Source of the DNA: a virus
Taxonomy: Duplodnaviria; Heunggongvirae; Uroviricota; Caudoviricetes
Reading direction: 5' to 3' (one strand)
Virus record (IMG/VR): IMGVR_UViG_3300043399_000596
Length of the DNA stretch: 18,355 nucleotides
A program made the position numbers and the translations under genes. This document shows, piece by piece, positions 13,248-18,355 of this stretch. Position 1 is the stretch's first letter. Each line of letters begins with the position of its first letter. The notes below the pieces were generated by a model. The model saw only the letters and a list, made by a program, of their open reading frames with translations. It ran no database searches and was not told where the DNA came from.

Positions 13248-15404
13248 TCAAACACCCTTCTTTTCATCAATCAGGTTAATATATTCTGCAACTTCTGTTG
13301 CCTCTGTACTGTATTTGCTGATACGCTTCAACAGCGGGTAGCGACCATACAATTCTAGCACATCCTTCGAGTACTTATCAATCAATTTACTAGGATCAAC
13401 ATTTGATTGAGTTTGTACTGAATACTTTTTGCACAACCATTCGAGGTTTGTCTTGCGACTAGAATCCTCGACCTTCACATCCTTGAATGCGTTAAACAGA
13501 ACTATGTAGGGACTGTTAGGATTCGTCACATGCTTAATAGCATTGTACTGATAAATCTCTTTCCAGTCAATAGCCTGCTTGACCAAACCCATTACATCAG
13601 ATTGACCCATTTGACTGAGTTTTTCCTTGATATGTTCGTCAAGGTTAATCCAGTTCTTTTGGAGTTTTACCCAATCCATGTCAGTCTTACGCACACCGTA
13701 AATGGTCTTAGTAAAGATACCGCTACGGTTCAGATGGTTATGTAGTTCCTTAACATCGTCAACGATGCCCAAACACTTGTAACCGCTGATGGGCAGATAA
13801 TAGTAAGTTTCAGTAGAATCAAACGAATCAGCCTTACCTGCATCGTGCCACACCATAGGGGTAGTACTGTTCCAACGACCACGGCGTGCTCCCTCAACTA
13901 AGTGCATGATAGTGACATTCTTGCCCATACCTTGAGCACGATCTTTCTCAAGAAGGTCACTTGCCTTGTGAATTTTGTCAGTAGGCGGGCTAGAAATTGC
14001 CTTGAAGAATGCACTAGTTTTCACGGGTTTGTTTTTATCAGCAGCCTCAATCACATACACATTGTTAGAATGTGTATCCATCTTAGTAGCACGCCAGTGA
14101 AATTTAGCTCGTTCCAGTGCACCAACTTTAGTGTCATTAACAACAAAGTGCGTATCACCACTGACACGGATCTGCCACTCTTGCTTCATAACATTTTGAC
14201 CAGCAACATTGGTGTAACCAGTATGTGCTTTGATAGCGGAGCAAGTTTGTACACCGCGGCTCTTGACAAAGCCACGAATACCGATGTTGTACTTGGTCTT
14301 CAGGTCACTAACATCCAGACTAAACTTTTTCAGTGCGTCCCAGCGACTATGTGTAGGATCGAATAGTTCAAACTTAGTAGCTTGGACATACTTGACCACA
14401 GCAGCCTGCCACAGTGCATCATTGTGACGCTTTTCAAGATAGATAGCCCGTTCCCAAAGATTTTCAATCTTGTTGGCTTCGTTAGCAATATGAATAGAAA
14501 GCCGGAGATTCAATGCCTCAAGTTTATTCTTGATTGCTTCAATCGTTTCAGGAATATACGAAAGACCTTCACGACTTGCTTGGAAGTCAAGTTCACCAAT
14601 AGCAAACTCCATGACCAGGCCGCAAGAGAGCAGACCATGCAGACCGCCGAGAGACTTGTCAGCATTAGGTACTTCAATGGGATACTTAATGTTACCCATG
14701 ATAGCGTAGGAATTGTACCCATCGCCACCATGATGAACACCGGGGATGATATCCTTTTCTTTGTACTCAGGATTCTTAAATCCAAAGTCTGCGTTACCAC
14801 TGATTACCGGGCGCAGTTTGAAATATTCATAGACCTGACGAGCCTCTTGACGGAACTTGTCGAAATCGTAGCGTTGTTCCACAGCAAAACGAACCTCGAC
14901 ACCAGCAGGGTCAGTGGTTTGTTCTTCCATCATCAGTGCGATAGACGGAACACCTTGCTCATTAATGAAAGCGGTGTAGATACCTTTGCGATCGTCTTTG
15001 ATTGCGGTTACAGTGAAGTTATCAGTATAACTAAAAGGAGACTTACTACCGAGACCGAGAGCTCCAATGAAGGCGTTAGAATCAGTTTTAGTAGATTCAA
15101 AATATGTAGTGTAAATGTTTGTAACTTGTTCATGGCTAAGTCCTGTACCGTAGTCACGGATAGAAAAGAAAGGCTCAAGTGCATTGGGGAGGTGAACATC
15201 AAACGGTGTGTCCTGTTTACCTGCGGCAACATGACTGTCAACAGCGTTGCAAGAGAGTTCACGGATGATAGCGCGGATCTTGTTAGCATACAGACCGCTA
15301 GACAGAATATTGAAAGCCTTGGCACTGTTGCGAATACGAAATTCGCCAATTTCGCCAACATTGGAAACGATTGCTTCGTTTTGGACTGCGCTGTGTAGTT
15401 TCAT
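13248..15404 (-). CDS. rIIA: rIIA-like protein with N-terminal GHKL ATPase domain
   Basis: IRELSCNAVDSH, DYGTGL, GALGLGSKS GHKL motifs; 718 aa; paired with rIIB. Confidence 0.9.
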   Translation of the reverse strand: MKLHSAVQNEAIVSNVGEIGEFRIRNSAKAFNILSSGLYANKIRAIIRELSCNAVDSHVAAGKQDTPFDVHLPNALEPFFSIRDYGTGLSHEQVTNIYTTYFESTKTDSNAFIGALGLGSKSPFSYTDNFTVTAIKDDRKGIYTAFINEQGVPSIALMMEEQTTDPAGVEVRFAVEQRYDFDKFRQEARQVYEYFKLRPVISGNADFGFKNPEYKEKDIIPGVHHGGDGYNSYAIMGNIKYPIEVPNADKSLGGLHGLLSCGLVMEFAIGELDFQASREGLSYIPETIEAIKNKLEALNLRLSIHIANEANKIENLWERAIYLEKRHNDALWQAAVVKYVQATKFELFDPTHSRWDALKKFSLDVSDLKTKYNIGIRGFVKSRGVQTCSAIKAHTGYTNVAGQNVMKQEWQIRVSGDTHFVVNDTKVGALERAKFHWRATKMDTHSNNVYVIEAADKNKPVKTSAFFKAISSPPTDKIHKASDLLEKDRAQGMGKNVTIMHLVEGARRGRWNSTTPMVWHDAGKADSFDSTETYYYLPISGYKCLGIVDDVKELHNHLNRSGIFTKTIYGVRKTDMDWVKLQKNWINLDEHIKEKLSQMGQSDVMGLVKQAIDWKEIYQYNAIKHVTNPNSPYIVLFNAFKDVKVEDSSRKTNLEWLCKKYSVQTQSNVDPSKLIDKYSKDVLELYGRYPLLKRISKYSTEATEVAEYINLIDEKKGV

Positions 15405-15427
15405 GTGTGTTCCTGTGTTTCAGTGTC

Positions 15428-15465
15428 AATACAAGTATTGTAAACGATTTTGGATTAATAGTCAA
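15428..15465 (-). promoter_or_regulatory. early promoter P6 (rIIA/rIIB) with palindrome
   Basis: TTGACT ATTAATCCAAAATCGTT TACAAT ACTTGTATTG. Confidence 0.88.
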
Positions 15466-15691
15466 CCGAAACTTTGCCGGTTACCTTGTCGTAGAAAACG
15501 AATACTTTAGTATCATAGAATTCTTTGTCTTGAATATAGGAAACCTCGTAGCAAAATTGCCCTGCGTTGGTCATGCCCAAGAATTTACTAGTTTCAAATT
15601 TGTCTTTTTTGTAACCCGCTTTTTGAATACCCTCTGTCAGCATAACAGGAGGCATGTTGGTCAACATAAAGAGTTTGTCGGCAGTAATCAT
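15455..15691 (-). CDS. hypothetical protein (78 aa)
   Basis: ORF track. Confidence 0.75.
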   Translation of the reverse strand: MITADKLFMLTNMPPVMLTEGIQKAGYKKDKFETSKFLGMTNAGQFCYEVSYIQDKEFYDTKVFVFYDKVTGKVSVDY

Positions 15692-15697
15692 TTTGTG

Positions 15698-15919
15698 TTA
15701 GATATAGAAAGGGGTGTCAAAACCAAGTTTGTGGTAAACGACCTCACGGACTGCGGTGTCAGTAGCCTCACCAAAGTCTTCGGGGAAACGCTTAGCCAAA
15801 GATTGGAGTTCAGCATAGACTTGGGGCCAAGTCATGTTGAGAACTTTTGCACTACGCACGATAGCATCAACTGCATCATTACCGAATTGAGTGTACATTG
15901 CGTAATCGGGCTTAGACAT
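15698..15919 (-). CDS. small phage protein with EATDTAVRE motif
   Basis: 73-aa ORF, first gene after P7. Confidence 0.8.
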   Translation of the reverse strand: MSKPDYAMYTQFGNDAVDAIVRSAKVLNMTWPQVYAELQSLAKRFPEDFGEATDTAVREVVYHKLGFDTPFYI

Positions 15920-15941
15920 TTCAGTGCTTCTTTAATCAATC

Positions 15942-15979
15942 AATACATGTATTGTATGCCCGAAATGATTTATTGTCAA
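15942..15979 (-). promoter_or_regulatory. early promoter P7 with perfect 14-bp palindrome
   Basis: TTGACA ATAAATCATTTCGGGCA TACAAT ACATGTATTG (CAATACATGTATTG). Confidence 0.9.
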
Positions 15980-15988
15980 GTGAGTACT

Positions 15989-16264
15989 TTAGTGCAACTT
16001 TCTTACTTGTTTTTCCTCACCAAGGTCGATATCTTCATCAATGTCAAAGTCCTCGTCAGTCATACCAAGTTGTTCGGCAAGGATTTCTAAATCATCATCA
16101 CTGAGGTCGTCTAATGACACTGGTGTTGCTTTTTCAAAAAGTTCACCGGAATCTACCATTCGCTGAATCTCAGCAACAAGTTCATCCAATTCTTCCTGTG
16201 TCCCTTCAAAGCTATCAAAGCATCCGGGAGCAAAAATAATTTCAGGTTTGTCATCTTTTGTCAT
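15989..16264 (-). CDS. highly acidic small protein, DNA-mimic candidate
   Basis: 30 D/E versus 7 K/R in 91 aa by hand count. Confidence 0.7.
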   Translation of the reverse strand: MTKDDKPEIIFAPGCFDSFEGTQEELDELVAEIQRMVDSGELFEKATPVSLDDLSDDDLEILAEQLGMTDEDFDIDEDIDLGEEKQVRKLH

Positions 16265-16514
16265 TTTTTACTTTCTTTTCTTCAGGTTTACCTTCAATAT
16301 AATCCCAGCCAGCACCACCGAGATTTTTCCAATTTTCATATTTTTGTGCTTCGTCTTTGCATCGTTGTGGTTGACCAATACTACCTACTACAGCCATACA
16401 ATTTTCACACCTATAAGCAATTCCGCTACTTTCATCAAACAATGCTAGGCCACCGCAAGGAAGATACATAGGTGGGAGATTTTTTATGTTTTCTTCGTAA
16501 TGTTCATTGTACAT
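16251..16514 (-). CDS. small Cys-rich putative Zn-binding protein
   Basis: LPCGG...YRCENCMAVVGSIGQPQRC; ATG 16514 preferred over TTG 16526. Confidence 0.7.
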   Translation of the reverse strand: MYNEHYEENIKNLPPMYLPCGGLALFDESSGIAYRCENCMAVVGSIGQPQRCKDEAQKYENWKNLGGAGWDYIEGKPEEKKVKNDKR

Positions 16515-16532
16515 ATTATATCTCAAAAATAA

Positions 16533-16922
16533 TTATACGTAAAACCCTGCCTTACGCAATTCGTTCATGCCTGCCACACGATACTGCGGATCAACTTCAA
16601 TTTTAAAAGGCTTACCACTAGACAACAGGTCACACATGTCTTTGGCTTCTTTCAAACCAAGACCACGTTTGTCAACAGTTCGTATTGTTTTAATCATGCG
16701 AACACGGTCTGCTCCCATTATGTGACCAGTAACATTAATCACATGGTTGTACTCGCCGGTCAACATAGCAAAGAAAATCTGACCTTTAACATCGGGGTCA
16801 AGGACACTTGCAATACCGTCCCAAAGTTTCATGCCTTCGTCAATACCGTAGGCTTCTGTAATAGCCCGCATGAAGTTCATGCCACTTTGTATAATGTCTA
16901 CTTTGTGTTCTGCTGGAATCAT
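16533..16922 (-). CDS. ribosomal protein bL12 (L7/L12) C-terminal-domain protein with novel N-terminus
   Basis: [12 protein letters not shown]...GLGLKEAKD...LRKAG.V matches L12 CTD [24 protein letters not shown]...LEEAGA.V; the N-terminal ~58 aa do not resemble the L12 NTD or hinge. Confidence 0.82.
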   Translation of the reverse strand: [129 protein letters not shown]

Positions 16923-17248
16923 CACAAACCTTTCGGCTTTTGAGGCTTACGAATACCAAGCGTCTTACGCTCATCCGCAGTCAGTTTGTTGTAAGCCTCA
17001 AGTTTGATTTCGTACAGGCGAACCTTCTCTTGGTACTTCTCAAATTTGATGCGAACACCACTGTAGATTTTCTCCCACCACAATGAGACCTCGTCATCAC
17101 GTAAAAGCAAGAATTCAGCACGACCAGCCTTGACAAGTTCAATCATGACCTTTCGGGCAATGCGACCTTCTTTGCCGATATAATATCCCTCGCTATCAAG
17201 ACCTTTGGTGATGAAGTCAAGAATATCCTTGTTTTCTAAGTCACTCAT
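16922..17248 (-). CDS. hypothetical protein with C-terminal KLT-x-x-E-x-x-x-LG motif
   Basis: 108-aa ORF; ...EAYNKLTADERKTLGI. Confidence 0.8.
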   Translation of the reverse strand: MSDLENKDILDFITKGLDSEGYYIGKEGRIARKVMIELVKAGRAEFLLLRDDEVSLWWEKIYSGVRIKFEKYQEKVRLYEIKLEAYNKLTADERKTLGIRKPQKPKGL

Positions 17249-17592
17249 TTTTTACCTTTCTTATCAAGACCAAACGCCTTGATTTCCTCAGGAGTCAGTT
17301 TAGCCAATGCCTCTTTTCGCAGTTTTTCTTCCGCTTCACGTTTGGCTTTTTCTTTTTCTTCCTTAGCAATTCGTGCGGCATCAGCCTTCTTGTGATCCGC
17401 CCACCACTTGCGAGAATCACGATCCTTAAAAGTTTTCAGTTCAGGATCAAGTTGTTCAAGGGCAGTGATTGCCTTACATGCGATTCGTGCCAGACGGTCG
17501 CATTCACTTTTAAGGGCAATAACCTCAACAGTTTTTCTACTAGCACGTGCAGGTTCGTGAACCCAGTTTGTATCATAACTCATACAAGGCAT
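17245..17592 (-). CDS. MPC-start coiled-coil protein with C-terminal KLT-x-E-E-x-x-x-FG motif
   Basis: 115-aa ORF; ...KEALAKLTPEEIKAFGL. Confidence 0.8.
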   Translation of the reverse strand: MPCMSYDTNWVHEPARASRKTVEVIALKSECDRLARIACKAITALEQLDPELKTFKDRDSRKWWADHKKADAARIAKEEKEKAKREAEEKLRKEALAKLTPEEIKAFGLDKKGKK

Positions 17593-17603
17593 TTTATTTC
17601 TCC

Positions 17604-17900
17604 TTAAATCCAGCGATTTGCGTTATCAATTTCATCTTGGGTGAATTGTCCACCCATACGATCCGGGTTCTCACGCCAGCTATCGTAGTTGGCCTTTTCG
17701 CAACACTGTTCCACATCCTTGAGGATACGCTTGAGTTCGTCAATGTTGGTAGACAAGAATCCCGCCATTGCCGCAATAGTTACTCGGTCAGGAGTATCAT
17801 TGCGAACGGCAATCAAACTTGCCTTCTTGTATTCTTCCAGCAACTTTTCCTTGCCGGCGATTGTGGTCTTTAGGTTGTCGCGGACGGTATAGATGTTCAT
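17604..17900 (-). CDS. hypothetical protein with C-terminal SWRENPDRMGGQFT motif
   Basis: ORF track 17604..17915 trimmed to ATG 17900, first gene after P8. Confidence 0.8.
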   Translation of the reverse strand: MNIYTVRDNLKTTIAGKEKLLEEYKKASLIAVRNDTPDRVTIAAMAGFLSTNIDELKRILKDVEQCCEKANYDSWRENPDRMGGQFTQDEIDNANRWI

Positions 17901-17917
17901 GTGTTGCCTTCTCATTC

Positions 17918-17955
17918 AATACATGTATTATATGCCCAAACAGATTTATTGTCAA
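17918..17955 (-). promoter_or_regulatory. early promoter P8 with palindrome
   Basis: TTGACA ATAAATCTGTTTGGGCA TATAAT ACATGTATT. Confidence 0.9.
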
Positions 17956-17975
17956 CTTTGGAAAGGTAGTACTAA

Positions 17976-18110
17976 TTACTTATATTCTTCCTCAGCGGCT
18001 AATAGAATGAGGTGTGCAAAATTCTGACAGAAAATGTTGAACCACAATTGATCCAACACATCCTCAGGTGCGCCAGCCTCAATAGCAACTTCTTTCAATT
18101 CTTCGTTCAT
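17976..18110 (-). CDS. 44-aa protein, short relative of the MNE..K..A..AG / FA.LI family (not in ORF track)
   Basis: MNEELKEVAIEAGAPEDVLDQLWFNIFCQNFAHLILLAAEEEYK; GGAG SD, ATGA overlap. Confidence 0.75.
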   Translation of the reverse strand: MNEELKEVAIEAGAPEDVLDQLWFNIFCQNFAHLILLAAEEEYK

Positions 18111-18226
18111 AACAACCACTCCTTAATATGCCAACCAACGATACAGATTACAGTGAACCATGTAGCGAATAGAGCCAACGACAGGTATGCCACAGCCCAC
18201 CTGCCTGCTCGTTCACCTTCGTTCAT
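18107..18226 (-). CDS. 39-aa single-TM peptide (not in ORF track)
   Basis: MNEGERAGRWAVAYLSLALFATWFTVICIVGWHIKEWLL; ATGA overlaps at both ends. Confidence 0.75.
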   Translation of the reverse strand: MNEGERAGRWAVAYLSLALFATWFTVICIVGWHIKEWLL

Positions 18227-18253
18227 TCTTCAACTCCGAAATGTTCTTTAATC
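18223..18253 (-). repeat. 31-bp exact repeat of 2721-2751 (IKEHFGVEE-stop junction)
   Basis: tcattcttcaactccgaaatgttctttaatc at both positions; a 16-nt core is also at 2605-2620. Confidence 0.95.
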
Positions 18254-18355
18254 TTGTCACGACTAAACTTAATTGCGCCGTTCCACGCCTTGAATGTGCT
18301 TGCCGAAGGTCCCCATACGTCTTTGTTATTATCGGTCCCTATGCCGCCAGCAAAA
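18223..18355 (-). CDS. C-terminal part of an IKEHFGVEE-family protein (5' end off window)
   Basis: ...FAGGIGTDNNKDVWGPSASTFKAWNGAIKFSRDKIKEHFGVEE*. Confidence 0.75.
   Translation of the reverse strand, partial: FAGGIGTDNNKDVWGPSASTFKAWNGAIKFSRDKIKEHFGVEE

Noticed and set aside
12292-13341. 349-aa plus-strand ORF
   Set aside because: It is in exact codon register antisense to rIIB and arises from absence of TTA/CTA/TCA codons; no RBS, promoter or motif
14382-15398. 338-aa plus-strand ORF
   Set aside because: In-register antisense shadow of rIIA, for the same reason
16532-16559. TTGCGT-16-TATAAT internal promoter across the bL12-like stop
   Set aside because: Plausible but the -35 is weak, spacing is 16 nt and there is no dyad; not supportable without TSS data
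16533-16922. ClpS as an alternative identity for the L12-like domain (shared fold)
   Set aside because: The IK-x-x-R and GLGLKEAKD signature is specific to L7/L12; the ClpS NDD/T motif is absent
1381-18251. All other plus-strand ORFs and alternate-frame minus ORFs in the track
   Set aside because: They overlap well-supported minus-strand genes that tile the window with ATGA/TAATG coupling; no plus-strand promoters or SDs were recognised
1-18355. tRNA, rRNA, integrase, transposase, T4 late promoter TATAAATA, structural genes
   Set aside because: No cloverleaf or rRNA-like tract, no recombinase motifs, and no TATAAATA seen in intergenic gaps; there is almost no non-coding space

Overview
This window looks like the early/accessory region of a large T4-like (myovirus-type) dsDNA phage genome. 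About 49 tightly packed genes all lie on the minus strand, many coupled by ATGA or TAATG overlaps. Recognisable genes are rIIA, rIIB, an AAA ATPase, a calcineurin-like metallophosphoesterase, a dCMP deaminase, a cupin, SWIM-finger, WYL_2-like, HTH/RHH proteins and many small membrane proteins. Ten small genes are missing from the supplied ORF track (nine short or window-truncated ORFs plus a truncated DUF3307 gene). The most notable are two translation-machinery mimics. One is a 54-aa ArfA-like (alternative ribosome-rescue factor A) ORF at 9477-9641, expressed from a near-leaderless sigma70 promoter and ending where E. coli ArfA's active truncated form ends. The other is a protein carrying a ribosomal bL12 (L7/L12) C-terminal domain fused to an unrelated N-terminus. 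Eight sigma70 promoters (TTGAC[A/T]-17-TA[T/C]AAT) share a palindrome AATAC-NN-GTATT over -10/+1, a candidate operator, and appear to move as promoter-leader-RBS cassettes. A repeated GGAGTTGAAGAATGA gene-junction module is also present. No tRNA, CRISPR array, integrase or transposase was seen. Family assignments are by hand motif recognition only; no database search was run.
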